A stretch of 64,000 nt of DNA. Origin: an uncultured Clostridia bacterium (GTDB lineage Bacteria > Bacillota > Clostridia > TANB77 > CAG-508). Position 1 is the first letter of the stretch. Each line of letters begins with the position of its first letter. Where the stretch lies: NCBI GenBank assembly GCA_944391755.1, contig CALXUT010000011.1, positions 11,261 to 75,260 on the forward strand, read 5' to 3'. Position numbers and translations under genes: made by a program. Shown one piece after another: positions 1 through 10,271 of this stretch. The notes beneath the pieces were generated by a model. It did not search any database and was not told the DNA's origin. It worked only from the letters and a program-made list of their open reading frames with translations.

Positions 1-1
1 A

Positions 2-1099
2 GACCAAATTTATTTGAATTTTGGAGCAGAAAAAAAGCTGGAAGGAATAGAACACAAAGATGAAATTTCAAAAATAAAAACAAAAGCAAAAAAAGAAGGT
101 CTTACCTTAATAAATATTCCAATAAGACATCTAGGAACTGAAAAAGCACATGAATTATACAAAAAGTTAGAATATTACTTAGAAGAAAACAATGTTGATT
201 TACTATTTGAAACAATTGTAGAAGATTTAATCATAAAAGATAATGAAGCTAAAGGTGTCAAAGTAAAAAATACCAAAACGGGAGACATAGAAGAAATATT
301 TGGTAAAAAAGTTATCATAGCAGTTGGAAGAAAAGGCGCAAATTGGCTAGTAAATATGTGCGAAACACATAACATTAAAACAGAAGCAGGTGTAGTCGAT
401 ATTGGGGTAAGATATGAATTACCAGATGAAGTAATGAAAGATATTAACAAATATATGTATGAAGGAAAATTCATCGGAAGACCAGGACCTTTTAAAGATA
501 AAGTAAGAACATTTTGCCAAAATCCAAGTGGTTTTGTTTCAGAAGAAGTATATGATAATAATTTAAGTTTAGTAAATGGACATTCTTATAAGGAGAAAAA
601 GAGTACAAATACAAATTTAGCAATATTAGTATCCCATCATTTTAATCATCCATTTAATAAACCAATCGATTATGGAAGAAATATAGCGAAAAATCTTAAT
701 GAATTAGGAAATGGAAACATTGTTGTACAAAGATTAGGCGATATTTATAGAGGAAAGCGTACATGGGAGGCAGAATTAAAAAATAATAAAGTGGTTCCAA
801 CATTAAAATCTGCCGTAGCAGGTGATATCACATTTGCATTAGGATACAGAACCATGACAGATATATTACAATTTATTAGATGTTTGGATAAAGTTGTAGA
901 AGGATTTGCTAATCCAGAAAATTTATTATATGCTCCAGAAATAAAATTTTATAGCAATAAAGTTACCATCAACAAACAATTTGAAACAAGTGTAAAAGAT
1001 TTATATTGCATTGGAGATGGTGGAGGAATGACAAGAGGTTTGATGATGGCATCTGCATCTGGTGTACAAATGGCAAGAATCCTAGAAAATAAAATTTAG
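2..1099 (+). CDS. FAD-dependent oxidoreductase/dehydrogenase (COG2509-like), 5' end outside window
   Basis: Frame is open to the window edge. IIAVGRKGANW and C-terminal CIGDGGGMTRGLMMASASG motifs resemble COG2509-type FAD-dependent dehydrogenases (recognised by eye). Confidence 0.6.
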   Translation, partial: DQIYLNFGAEKKLEGIEHKDEISKIKTKAKKEGLTLINIPIRHLGTEKAHELYKKLEYYLEENNVDLLFETIVEDLIIKDNEAKGVKVKNTKTGDIEEIFGKKVIIAVGRKGANWLVNMCETHNIKTEAGVVDIGVRYELPDEVMKDINKYMYEGKFIGRPGPFKDKVRTFCQNPSGFVSEEVYDNNLSLVNGHSYKEKKSTNTNLAILVSHHFNHPFNKPIDYGRNIAKNLNELGNGNIVVQRLGDIYRGKRTWEAELKNNKVVPTLKSAVAGDITFALGYRTMTDILQFIRCLDKVVEGFANPENLLYAPEIKFYSNKVTINKQFETSVKDLYCIGDGGGMTRGLMMASASGVQMARILENKI

Positions 1100-1199
1100 A
1101 AAATGCCAACATAATTATTGACAAAAATTCGACAAAATAGTACAGTAAGAGTAAGAAAAATAGTAACCATCTGTAATCTAATTAGAAAGGGTGAAAAAC

Positions 1200-2687
1200 A
1201 TGAGTACAAACTCTAACATTTGGTTAGGGAGAACAGCTTATCAATTAATGCCAGATAGATTCTATAGAAAAGGAGGAGTTCCTGAACATATTAACGGTCG
1301 GAAGTTAAAAAACTGGGATGACAGAATGCCAGATTGGCAACCGGATTATGATGGAGAGTACAGAAACCTTTATTATTATGGAGGAAACTTAAAAGGAATT
1401 GAAGCAAAATTAGAATATTTTCATGACCTCGGGTTTGACATGATTTACATGACTCCCATCAATCAAAGTGTTTCGTATCACCATTATGATGTGGGAAATC
1501 ATTTCATGATTGATCCATGGCTTGGCAACTGGAGTGACTTTAGGAACCTTTGTGAAAGTGCAAAAAAGTTAGGAATCCTTATTGTAGTGGATTTGGTGTT
1601 TAACCACACTGGAATCAATAGCATTTATCTCCAAAACCCTAAATGCCAAAAATGGTATAAAAGAACTAAAGATGGTAAATTGGTATTCTGGTGGAACTTT
1701 AAGGAGATGCCAGAATGTGATACGATGTTAAAAGAATATCAAGATGAAATGACAAGAGTCGCTGAAAAGCACCTTGAAAATGGAGCTTCTGGTATTCGAC
1801 TGGACTTAGGCGAAAATTTGCCAAGAGAGTTTCTTTATGCTATTGGGAGAGTGAAAGCACAATTTCCTGATACGATTTTTATCGGAGAAATGTGGGGAAT
1901 TGCAACAGATAGAGAAGACTCAAAAATTTTCGATGGTCAACTCGATTCTGTTATGAATTATCCACTGGCTGACGCTATTCTCCGATGGGTTCGGTATGGG
2001 AGAGATGGACATCTCAGTTACAATTTCAACAGAGTTTATGGAGAATATCCTAAAACAGTATCCAACATTTTGTTGAATAACATTGGGACACATGATACAC
2101 CTATGCCAATTACGATGTTGGTGGGAGATAAAATGAATCCAGATGTCTTTAACAAACGAATTTGGGATATCGAAGCACCATGGCTGAAAGGAGAAAGATT
2201 CGACACTTACGAATTCAGAAGATATGAAGCGGAACATGACAGATTGACAGAAGAACAATATGTTCATGGAAAAAAACTTCTCAAACTTGCATTAGTAATT
2301 TTGTATAATATTCCTGGTATTCCTTGTGTGTATCAGGGAACAGAATTAGCAGATGCAGGTTACAAGGATCCTTTTAATCGGAAACCGTATTTGTGGAAAA
2401 ATCAAGATGAAGAAATGAAATCTTTTGTAAGAGAACTCGGGAAATATCGTAAAGAGAATTCTGATATTCTTTCTACAGGAGAAGGAAACATCTCGATAAT
2501 TACGGAAAAGGTATTTATTTTCGAAAGAAAAGTAAATGAAAAAAGACTCATTATCGCTGTAAACAGAACCGCAGAAGAACAATGGATTAATCTTCATAGC
2601 AATGAACGAAAAACGGTTTTCAGAATCGGTAACAGTTCTATGGAAAAATTAATGCCATATGGTTGTGTGATTTTAAGAGAAAATTGA
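1200..2687 (+). CDS. GH13 alpha-amylase-family glycoside hydrolase (neopullulanase/cyclomaltodextrinase-like)
   Basis: GH13 conserved regions DLVFNHTG, GIRLDLGENL, IGEMW and IGTHDT. ATG 1200 is preferred to GTG 1191. G+C looks higher than in neighbours. Confidence 0.85.
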   Translation: MSTNSNIWLGRTAYQLMPDRFYRKGGVPEHINGRKLKNWDDRMPDWQPDYDGEYRNLYYYGGNLKGIEAKLEYFHDLGFDMIYMTPINQSVSYHHYDVGNHFMIDPWLGNWSDFRNLCESAKKLGILIVVDLVFNHTGINSIYLQNPKCQKWYKRTKDGKLVFWWNFKEMPECDTMLKEYQDEMTRVAEKHLENGASGIRLDLGENLPREFLYAIGRVKAQFPDTIFIGEMWGIATDREDSKIFDGQLDSVMNYPLADAILRWVRYGRDGHLSYNFNRVYGEYPKTVSNILLNNIGTHDTPMPITMLVGDKMNPDVFNKRIWDIEAPWLKGERFDTYEFRRYEAEHDRLTEEQYVHGKKLLKLALVILYNIPGIPCVYQGTELADAGYKDPFNRKPYLWKNQDEEMKSFVRELGKYRKENSDILSTGEGNISIITEKVFIFERKVNEKRLIIAVNRTAEEQWINLHSNERKTVFRIGNSSMEKLMPYGCVILREN

Positions 2688-2699
2688 ATATTGTACTCA

Positions 2700-2737
2700 T
2701 TCCCCCTATACAATAATTGTATAGGGGGAATTTTTTT
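2700..2737 (+). terminator. Rho-independent terminator
   Basis: GC-containing stem tccccctataca / tgtataggggga followed by a T7 run. Confidence 0.85.
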
Positions 2738-2840
2738 CTAAGAGCAAATCGATAGGTTTATTAGCAGATATACTTAAAAAAGATGGCCTTGAAAACAAAA
2801 AATTACCATGATATAATTTAAAAGAAAAGGAGAAAAGGAT

Positions 2841-3440
2841 ATGCGTAATTTAGCTTTTGATAAAATTGTGAATAAACAAAACAAATTACCATCAGATTAT
2901 GTCCCTGATGATTTAGTAAATACAGATGAAAATGAAGATAATTTTCATCAATATATGAATCCATCATTAAAACCGCAAATTAGTGCTTCTATTTTACCAT
3001 TCTTTACAGAAATGCAAAAAGCTGCTGAAAAAGAAGGATTATATATTATCATAGATAGTGGTTATCGTTCTTATGAATATCAACAACGTGTTTTTAATCA
3101 AAAAGTGGAAGAATTAGGATATGAATTGGCACTAAAATATGCAGCATTACCTGGGGAAAGTGAACATCAAACTGGATATGCTTTTGATGTAGCAAGTTTT
3201 AGAAATGGAAAATACTTTGAAAATAAAGAAGATGATGAGAAAGAAATTGTGTGGATGATGAAAAATTGTTATAAATATGGATTTATTTTAAGATATCCAA
3301 AAGGAAAAGAAGAAATCACAGGATTTAATTATGAACCATGGCATTATCGATTTGTTGGGAAAGAACTTGCAAAATATTTGACTGAAAATCATTTAACAAT
3401 GGAAGAATATAAAAAATTAGATAAAAGAAGTTCAGACTAA
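2841..3440 (+). CDS. D-alanyl-D-alanine carboxypeptidase, VanY/peptidase M15B family
   Basis: SGYRSYEYQ, SEHQTGYAFD and EPWHYRF motifs are characteristic of VanY-type zinc carboxypeptidases. RBS aaggag lies upstream. Confidence 0.85.
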   Translation: MRNLAFDKIVNKQNKLPSDYVPDDLVNTDENEDNFHQYMNPSLKPQISASILPFFTEMQKAAEKEGLYIIIDSGYRSYEYQQRVFNQKVEELGYELALKYAALPGESEHQTGYAFDVASFRNGKYFENKEDDEKEIVWMMKNCYKYGFILRYPKGKEEITGFNYEPWHYRFVGKELAKYLTENHLTMEEYKKLDKRSSD

Positions 3441-3567
3441 TATTTGTAAATAATCATGAAAAAAACATGAAATTGACAAATTTACATAAAAATAGTATAA
3501 TAATGATGATATGCATGATTGCATAGGTACCAGAAACTCAAAAATAATTATTTAAGGAGTGAAACGA

Positions 3568-3981
3568 ATGAAGGTATTTGTTGCAAGCTCAGCAGCGAGA
3601 ATCAAGAATGAAGGATACAAGAAAGCGGGGTTGATCGTTGCAGACTTTATGCTAAAAGGAAAGCACAGTTGGATATTAGGTGGCGAAGGCTGGCTGGCGG
3701 ATAGAATTTACCAGATGGAAAAGGCAGATCTTATCATTATTCTGCCAGGGGACATGAGAACGCTCCATGACCTCTATACAGCCATCGAAAGCAAGAGTGT
3801 TGGAGAACATCAGAGTCCAATTGTCGTCACCAATATTGAGGGCTATTTTGACGACGCTCTCATCATGATTGACAAATCCATTTGTGAGGGTTTTACAGAA
3901 GAATCTGTACAGGATTTATATGATATTGTGCATTCGGCTGAGGAACTTTCAAATTATCTTGAGTCGCTCGAGAAAAAGTAA
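3568..3981 (+). CDS. Short divergent LOG/TIGR00730-like Rossmann-fold protein
   Basis: LPGDMRTLHDL resembles the PGGxGTxxE(L) LOG motif. ATG 3568 follows RBS aaggag. G+C is visibly higher than in flanks. Confidence 0.45.
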   Translation: MKVFVASSAARIKNEGYKKAGLIVADFMLKGKHSWILGGEGWLADRIYQMEKADLIIILPGDMRTLHDLYTAIESKSVGEHQSPIVVTNIEGYFDDALIMIDKSICEGFTEESVQDLYDIVHSAEELSNYLESLEKK

Positions 3982-3994
3982 CAAAAGTATTAAG

Positions 3995-4021
3995 GCAGCA
4001 CACTTTATTGTGTGCTGCTTT
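3995..4021 (+). terminator. Putative terminator hairpin
   Basis: gcagcacac / gtgtgctgc stem followed by a short T run. Confidence 0.55.
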
Positions 4022-4093
4022 AGTATTGTGTTTTATGCTAAAATATGGTATAAATAGTATTAAGTATTATTTGATTTTATACGAGGAGAATAT

Positions 4094-4318
4094 ATGGTCG
4101 AAAAATATAATGATGATATTTTAGAAAAGTGCCTTCCAAAATATTTAGAAGAAGATTTAAAAAGACTAAAAGAAGGAATAAAGAACAAAGTAAGCTATTT
4201 AGACTGCTTAATTAATGAGTTACAAGGTTCAGTAAATAGTGCATTTGTTGATGGAGATATTACAGAAGAACAATGTGATTATTTTTATAAAAAATATATT
4301 TATGGAGGACTAATATAA
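4094..4318 (+). CDS. Hypothetical 74-aa acidic helical protein upstream of HipA-like kinase
   Basis: ORF with RBS aggag 5 nt upstream. It is tightly followed by the kinase gene. No recognisable HTH. Confidence 0.5.
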   Translation: MVEKYNDDILEKCLPKYLEEDLKRLKEGIKNKVSYLDCLINELQGSVNSAFVDGDITEEQCDYFYKKYIYGGLI

Positions 4319-4351
4319 GAATATAATTATTTTATAAAGGGGAGGTTAATA

Positions 4352-5260
4352 ATGTTAGATTTTACAAATTATGAGATAAATAAATTTAAGTACTATGGTG
4401 GAAAAAATGGAGGAAAAATTTGTATTAAATACAATAATGAAGATTATATGCTAAAGTTTCCAGGTATTAATGAAGGAATTTCTGAACATGGATATTCGAA
4501 TAATTGTATATCAGAATATGTAGCTTGTAATATAATAAGAATATTAGGACTTAAAGTACAAGATGTTTTGTTAGGATCGTATAATTTAAATGGTAGCGAA
4601 AAAATAGTGGTAGCTTGCAAGGATTTTACATCAAATGGTACTGTATTAAAACAATTTGCTGAATTAAAAAATAGTCAAATAGAAACTTCGAAAAATGGTT
4701 ATGGAACAGAACTTGAGGAAGTAATTGAAACGATAGAAGAACAACAAATATATGATGCAAAAGAATTAAAAGAGTTTTTCTGGAATATGTTTATATCCGA
4801 CTGCTTAGTAGGAAATTTTGATAGACATAATGGCAATTGGGGATTCCTAATAAACGAAAGTTCAAAGAAAATAGAAATAGCACCTATTTATGATTGTGCA
4901 TCCTGTTTATATCCACAATTAACAGATGAAAGAATTGAGCAAATCATAAACGATAAATCCGAAATGGAGGCTAGAGTATTTGTATTTCCAACTTCTGCGA
5001 TAAAAATAAATGATAAGAAAATTAATTATTTTGAATATATAAGCAGTTTGCAAAATGAAGATTGTAACCAAGCACTACTTAGGATATTTCCTAAAATTAA
5101 TATGCAAGAAATTTATAGTATTATAGATACGACACCTTTTATTTCAGAAATAAGAAAAGAATTTTATAAGAAAATTATAAATATGAGATATGAAATGATA
5201 TTACAATATAATTATGAAAAATTGCAAATGGACGACAACACCACCCAAAGGAAAAATTAA
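4352..5260 (+). CDS. HipA-like serine/threonine kinase (short, C-terminal kinase domain only)
   Basis: DCLVGNFDRHNGNWGF matches the HipA catalytic-loop motif (GN.DRH..N). The downstream APIYDCAS segment also fits. RBS ggggagg. Confidence 0.7.
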   Translation: MLDFTNYEINKFKYYGGKNGGKICIKYNNEDYMLKFPGINEGISEHGYSNNCISEYVACNIIRILGLKVQDVLLGSYNLNGSEKIVVACKDFTSNGTVLKQFAELKNSQIETSKNGYGTELEEVIETIEEQQIYDAKELKEFFWNMFISDCLVGNFDRHNGNWGFLINESSKKIEIAPIYDCASCLYPQLTDERIEQIINDKSEMEARVFVFPTSAIKINDKKINYFEYISSLQNEDCNQALLRIFPKINMQEIYSIIDTTPFISEIRKEFYKKIINMRYEMILQYNYEKLQMDDNTTQRKN

Positions 5261-5287
5261 ATTTGACCTAAAATATTAGGAGGAACT

Positions 5288-7243
5288 ATGTTTAAATTAC
5301 ATTCAGAATACAAACCAACAGGAGACCAACCACAGGCAATTGAATATTTATCAAATGGAATAAAACAAGGAAAGAAATTTCAAACATTACTTGGCGTTAC
5401 AGGTTCTGGAAAAACATTTACAATGGCCAATATTATACAGCAAGTTCAAAAACCAACATTGGTATTAGCTCATAATAAAACATTAGCTGGACAATTATAC
5501 TCAGAATTTAAGGAATTCTTTCCAGAAAATAATGTGGAATATTTTGTTTCTTATTATGATTACTATCAACCAGAAAGTTATATAGCACAATCAGATACTT
5601 ATATAGAAAAAGATGCATCTATCAATGATGAGATAGACAAGTTAAGACACTCTGCAACAGCTGCCTTATTTGAAACAAGAGATGTTATTATTGTAGCATC
5701 CGTATCTTGTATCTATGGATTAGGGGACCCAATAGACTATGAAAACATGATTGTATCATTAAGACCAGGGATGCAAATATCCAGAGAAAAAATACTAAAA
5801 AAGCTAATCAACATGCAATATACAAGAAATGAAATTGATTTTAAAAGAGGAACATTTAGGGCAAAAGGAGACATACTAGAAATCTATCCTTCAGACAAAG
5901 GGGAATCTGCCATAAGAGTGGAATTCTGGGGAGATGAAATAGACAAAATTAGTGAAATCAATCCATTAACTGGAAAGCCAATAGGGATAAGACAACATGT
6001 CATGGTATTTCCAAATTCACACTATGTAACTTCAAATGAGAAAATGGAAAGAGCCATTAAAACGATAGAACAAGAAATGGAAGAAAGGGTAGAATACTTT
6101 AAATCTCAAAACAAACTGATAGAAGCCCAAAGAATTCAAGAAAGAACAAGTTTTGATTTAGAAATGATGAAAGAAACTGGATTTTGTCAAGGAATAGAAA
6201 ATTACTCAAGACATATTAGTGGAAGAGAAACAGGAAGTCCACCATTTACTTTATTTGATTATTTTCCAAAAGACTTCTTGTTATTAATAGATGAGTCACA
6301 TGCTACCATTCCACAAGTAAGAGCCATGTATAATGGAGACAGAGCTCGTAAAGATTCTCTTGTTAAATATGGATTTCGATTGCCATCAGCATATGATAAT
6401 AGACCACTTATGTTTAATGAATTTGAAGAAAGAATCCATCAAGTTGTATTTGTTAGTGCAACACCTGCCGAATATGAAAAAGAACATTCACAAGATAATG
6501 TAGTAGAACAAATTATAAGACCAACAGGATTATTGGATCCAAAAATAGAAGTAAAACCAGTAACTAATCAAATAGATGATTTAATTGAGCAAATCAGAAT
6601 CAGAGTGGAAAAAAATGAAAGAGTGTTAGTAACAACACTAACGAAAAAAATGGCAGAAGATTTAACAGCTTATTTAAAAAATTTAGATATAAAAGTAAAT
6701 TACATGCATTCAGATATAAAAGCATTAGAAAGAATGGAAATTATCAGAAAGCTTCGTTTAGGTGAATTTGATGTATTAGTAGGAATTAATCTTTTAAGAG
6801 AGGGATTAGATATTCCAGAAGTTTCATTAGTTGCCATTTTGGATGCAGATAAAGAAGGATTTTTGCGTTCAGAACGTTCATTAATCCAAACAATAGGAAG
6901 AGCAGCTAGAAATACAGATGGAACGGTTATCATGTATGCAGATGAACTAACAGATTCTATGGAAAAAGCGATAAAAGAAACAAATAGAAGAAGAAACATA
7001 CAAGAACAATATAATCAAGAACATCATATTACACCAAAAACAATCCAAAAATCTGTAAGAGATTCTATAAAAGCAATTCAGACAGAGAATATTGGTGTAG
7101 AATATAAAATGGAAAAAGAGGAGGATATCAAAGATATCATCAACAAATTAACAGATGAAATGTTAGAATATGCAAGTAAAATGGAATTTGAAAAAGCTGC
7201 AGAAGTAAGAGATAAAATCAAGGAATTAGAAAAACTAATTTAA
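5288..7243 (+). CDS. uvrB: Excinuclease ABC subunit B
   Basis: Full-length UvrB: Walker [11 protein letters not shown], helicase motifs, C-terminal UVR domain ([17 protein letters not shown]). Confidence 0.97.
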   Translation: MFKLHSEYKPTGDQPQAIEYLSNGIKQGKKFQTLLGVTGSGKTFTMANIIQQVQKPTLVLAHNKTLAGQLYSEFKEFFPENNVEYFVSYYDYYQPESYIAQSDTYIEKDASINDEIDKLRHSATAALFETRDVIIVASVSCIYGLGDPIDYENMIVSLRPGMQISREKILKKLINMQYTRNEIDFKRGTFRAKGDILEIYPSDKGESAIRVEFWGDEIDKISEINPLTGKPIGIRQHVMVFPNSHYVTSNEKMERAIKTIEQEMEERVEYFKSQNKLIEAQRIQERTSFDLEMMKETGFCQGIENYSRHISGRETGSPPFTLFDYFPKDFLLLIDESHATIPQVRAMYNGDRARKDSLVKYGFRLPSAYDNRPLMFNEFEERIHQVVFVSATPAEYEKEHSQDNVVEQIIRPTGLLDPKIEVKPVTNQIDDLIEQIRIRVEKNERVLVTTLTKKMAEDLTAYLKNLDIKVNYMHSDIKALERMEIIRKLRLGEFDVLVGINLLREGLDIPEVSLVAILDADKEGFLRSERSLIQTIGRAARNTDGTVIMYADELTDSMEKAIKETNRRRNIQEQYNQEHHITPKTIQKSVRDSIKAIQTENIGVEYKMEKEEDIKDIINKLTDEMLEYASKMEFEKAAEVRDKIKELEKLI

Positions 7244-7272
7244 TTATCAAAATAGAGGAGACAACAGAAAAA

Positions 7273-8373
7273 ATGAATGAGATTTTTGAAAAAATGCAAA
7301 AATTAGATATACCAAAATTAATAGGAAAAGAAAGTACGAATCAATATTCACAAGATATAGAAAAGATAGTAAAGGATAAAGTAATATTGATTACAGGTGC
7401 AGCAGGATCAATAGGATATGCTTTACTAAAAAAGATTCTGGATTTCAATCCACAAAAAATAATCGCATTAGATTATTGTGAAAGTGGTATTTTCAAATTA
7501 GAAAATAGGATAAAAAGTAAAGGGCTAGAGGAAAAAGTTGAAGTTCTACTATGTAATATAAATCATGTAAATATATTAAATGGAATATTTAAATTATACA
7601 AACCAGATTTTGTGATTCATGCAGCAGCTTATAAACATGTACCAATTATGGAAAAAAATACAATTGAAGCAATTCAAAATAATGTAATGGGAACATATCA
7701 TCTTATTCAATTATGTGAAAAATATGAAGCAAAAAAGTTTTTATTCATATCTACAGATAAAGCTGTAAATCCTATTTGTATGATGGGGGCTACCAAAAGA
7801 ATATGTGAGAAAATGATTTTATCTATGAAAAATAGTAAAAATACAATCTATATGGCTGTTCGTTTTGGAAATGTAATAGAGAGTAGTTGTTCTCTGACAC
7901 AAATTATAAAACAACAAATATTAAATCATGAACCAATTACCTTAACAGATAAACATATGGAAAGATATTTTATGAGTATGGAAGAAGCAGTATATTTAAT
8001 TTTATTAGCATTAAATTTTAATGAAAATAGTAAAATATATATATTAGATATGGGACAAACTATTAAAATATATGATTTGACCATAAAAATTTTAGAAGCA
8101 TTACATTTAAAATTGAATAAAGATGTATTTATAAAATATATAGGAATAAGACCAGGAGAAAAAATAAAAGAAGAATTATCTTACTCTTCAGAAATTTTGA
8201 AAGATACAAAATACGATAAAATTTTAAAAATAGAAGATACTGTTCAAAAACCTATTTTTAGGGAAATAGAAAAAATAAAAGAACTTTTGGAACAAGAAGA
8301 TATTCAAAAAGAGGAAATTCACAAAATTATAAATTTCATTGTGCCATCCTATGCAAGAAAAAAGGAGGAATGA
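7273..8373 (+). CDS. CapD/PglF-like nucleotide-sugar 4,6-dehydratase (soluble short form)
   Basis: ITGAAGSIGYAL Rossmann motif, YKHVP, STDKAVNP, GATKRICE and RFGNV motifs of polysaccharide biosynthesis protein CapD-type SDRs. Confidence 0.8.
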   Translation: MNEIFEKMQKLDIPKLIGKESTNQYSQDIEKIVKDKVILITGAAGSIGYALLKKILDFNPQKIIALDYCESGIFKLENRIKSKGLEEKVEVLLCNINHVNILNGIFKLYKPDFVIHAAAYKHVPIMEKNTIEAIQNNVMGTYHLIQLCEKYEAKKFLFISTDKAVNPICMMGATKRICEKMILSMKNSKNTIYMAVRFGNVIESSCSLTQIIKQQILNHEPITLTDKHMERYFMSMEEAVYLILLALNFNENSKIYILDMGQTIKIYDLTIKILEALHLKLNKDVFIKYIGIRPGEKIKEELSYSSEILKDTKYDKILKIEDTVQKPIFREIEKIKELLEQEDIQKEEIHKIINFIVPSYARKKEE

Positions 8374-8376
8374 AAA

Positions 8377-9297
8377 ATAATTTTAGTAACAGGAGCAAAT
8401 GGTTATATAGGATATAATCTAACAAAAAGATTATTAGAAGAAAAAAATGAGGTAAGAGCATTTTGCCATAAAAAAAGTGAAAAGATAGATGAATTAAAGA
8501 AAAAATATGATAAAAACTTAGACATTGTTTATGGGAATATAGAAGAAATACAAAACTTTCAAAATATGATGGAGCATGTAGAAATCGTATATCATTTAGC
8601 AGGCAAAACCACAGAAGAAGGAGATATGAATAAGATAAATACAATCGCTACTAAAAAATTATTTGAAGAATGTATAAGATATCGTGTAAAAAAAGTGGTT
8701 TTTTTTAGTACAGTAGCAGTGTATAAAACAAATAAAATAGTAACAATTTCATCTAAAAAAGAACCTACTAATGTATATGGAAAAACAAAGTTAGAAGCTG
8801 AAAAGATTGGAATGGAGTACTATAAAAAAGATAAATTACCATTAATCATTTTAGAACCATGCTCTGTTTATGGAAAAACTTATAATGGTAGTATGGGGAA
8901 AATTCTAAAAAGGGCAGAGAATGGGTATTGTATAAAGATTGGAAAAGGAGAATATAAAAATACAATCATTCATGTAGATGATTTAGTTACCATTGCAATC
9001 AATGTGGTTCAAAATGAAGAATATATAGGAAAAACACTAATATGTGGACCTGAAACAATTACAATAAACGAAATCAATCATGCCTTAAAAGCAGAAAGAC
9101 ATATTAATGAAATATATATACCATATAAAATAGCAATGTGGATATTAAAATTGCCATTTCATTTAAAAATAAAATCAACTATCAAACAATTAACAAGAGA
9201 AAGTGAATATATTACGAATTACAAGATGGATACATACATAAAATATAGGGAATACATAAATAGCGGAGAATTTTATGATAGAAAATATAGAAAATAA
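8377..9297 (+). CDS. NAD-dependent epimerase/dehydratase (SDR); start codon non-canonical or frameshifted
   Basis: The frame opens right after TGA 8371-8373 and encodes K-I-ILVTGANGYIGYNL (GxxGxxG Rossmann motif) upstream of the first ATG at 8566. GGAGG at 8364-8368. Candidate starts are ATA 8377 or ATT 8380. Confidence 0.7.
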   Translation: MILVTGANGYIGYNLTKRLLEEKNEVRAFCHKKSEKIDELKKKYDKNLDIVYGNIEEIQNFQNMMEHVEIVYHLAGKTTEEGDMNKINTIATKKLFEECIRYRVKKVVFFSTVAVYKTNKIVTISSKKEPTNVYGKTKLEAEKIGMEYYKKDKLPLIILEPCSVYGKTYNGSMGKILKRAENGYCIKIGKGEYKNTIIHVDDLVTIAINVVQNEEYIGKTLICGPETITINEINHALKAERHINEIYIPYKIAMWILKLPFHLKIKSTIKQLTRESEYITNYKMDTYIKYREYINSGEFYDRKYRK

Positions 9298-10018
9298 AAA
9301 AATACAAATCAATATAAGTAAAGAACTATTTGAAATACCAGATAATTTAAAATATGAAATATCTAATTTTTGGGATGGAGCTAAAAGTAAGAATCCAAGT
9401 TTGTGGAATGGTAAATTATTGTGTGTAAGTTCATATGAAAATCTTGAGAATAAAGTAATTCTTACATGTAAAGAAACAGATTATGCACATTATTTATATG
9501 ATGAAAGAATCGGTTTACCAAATGAATATGCATGTCATAGCTTAGGTGCAGGATGTTTATTAGAAACAAATGATAGATATTATGTATTAGGAGAACTTAA
9601 TGAAAATACATCTTTTCCACACTGTATACAACCATGTGGGGGTGGTGCAGAGATAGAAGATTTAAAGAATGGTGGTATTATCCAAACAATTATTAGAGAA
9701 ACAAAAGAAGAACTAAACATAGATTTACAAGACGGAAATCAGTTTTTTGAAAATAAAATTAAATATATAAGTTTACCAGAAAATAAACTTCATACATATA
9801 TGGTATTTACAAAATGTTTATTGAAAATGAGTAAATCAGATTTAGAAGAACATTATAAAAACTATTTAAGAAACTTACAAAACAATAATCAAGAAGTAGA
9901 ATTGTGTAAATTGCATTTTATAAAAAGAGGTAAGGCAAAGGAACAATTAGGAAAATTAAAAAATCCTAGACGAGAATATTTAATAGAATTATTAGAATAT
10001 GATAGTAAAAATAATTAA
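9275..10018 (+). CDS. Nudix-like hydrolase (putative, degenerate Nudix box)
   Basis: GGGAEIEDLKNGGIIQTIIRETKEELNI approximates the Nudix box Gx5Ex7REUxEExGU but lacks the first Glu at canonical spacing. Confidence 0.4.
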   Translation: MIENIENKKIQINISKELFEIPDNLKYEISNFWDGAKSKNPSLWNGKLLCVSSYENLENKVILTCKETDYAHYLYDERIGLPNEYACHSLGAGCLLETNDRYYVLGELNENTSFPHCIQPCGGGAEIEDLKNGGIIQTIIRETKEELNIDLQDGNQFFENKIKYISLPENKLHTYMVFTKCLLKMSKSDLEEHYKNYLRNLQNNNQEVELCKLHFIKRGKAKEQLGKLKNPRREYLIELLEYDSKNN

Positions 10019-10021
10019 AAA

Positions 10022-10052
10022 CAAGGGAGGTTACAATAGATAACCTCCCTTG
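10022..10052. terminator. Bidirectional terminator hairpin between convergent genes
   Basis: caagggaggtta / taacctcccttg perfect stem. Confidence 0.7.
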
Positions 10053-10067
10053 AAAACTATTTATCTG

Positions 10068-10271
10068 TTATCTTTTTAAGATAGTACAGATGAAGAGTGC
10101 GGTGTTCTGATAGGGAGCACCTTGGCGGATAACGATACCAGGATTTTCTCTTTCCAAAATGGGGATTTCTCGTTTATATAAACGAAGTGTCAAATAATGC
10201 CGAGAGTCATCTTTGAGGAAATCCTCAATCAGGTCGTTGTGCTTTTCTCTTCTGGTCGGATAGCAATTCAT
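10068..10271 (-). CDS. Hypothetical 67-aa protein (higher G+C, minus strand)
   Basis: ORF with RBS-like tggagg upstream on the minus strand. No recognisable motif. Composition differs from the flanks. Confidence 0.4.
   Translation of the reverse strand: MNCYPTRREKHNDLIEDFLKDDSRHYLTLRLYKREIPILERENPGIVIRQGAPYQNTALFICTILKR

Noticed and set aside
3869-4057. 62-aa plus-strand ORF overlapping the end of the LOG-like gene and its terminator
   Set aside because: It is out of frame within a better-supported gene and runs through the terminator hairpin. No RBS is present.
5261-5287. LexA (Cheo) boxes upstream of uvrB and uvrA (10272-10429)
   Set aside because: No GAAC-N4-GTTC-like palindrome was found in either region. 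Only recN has candidate (degenerate) sites.
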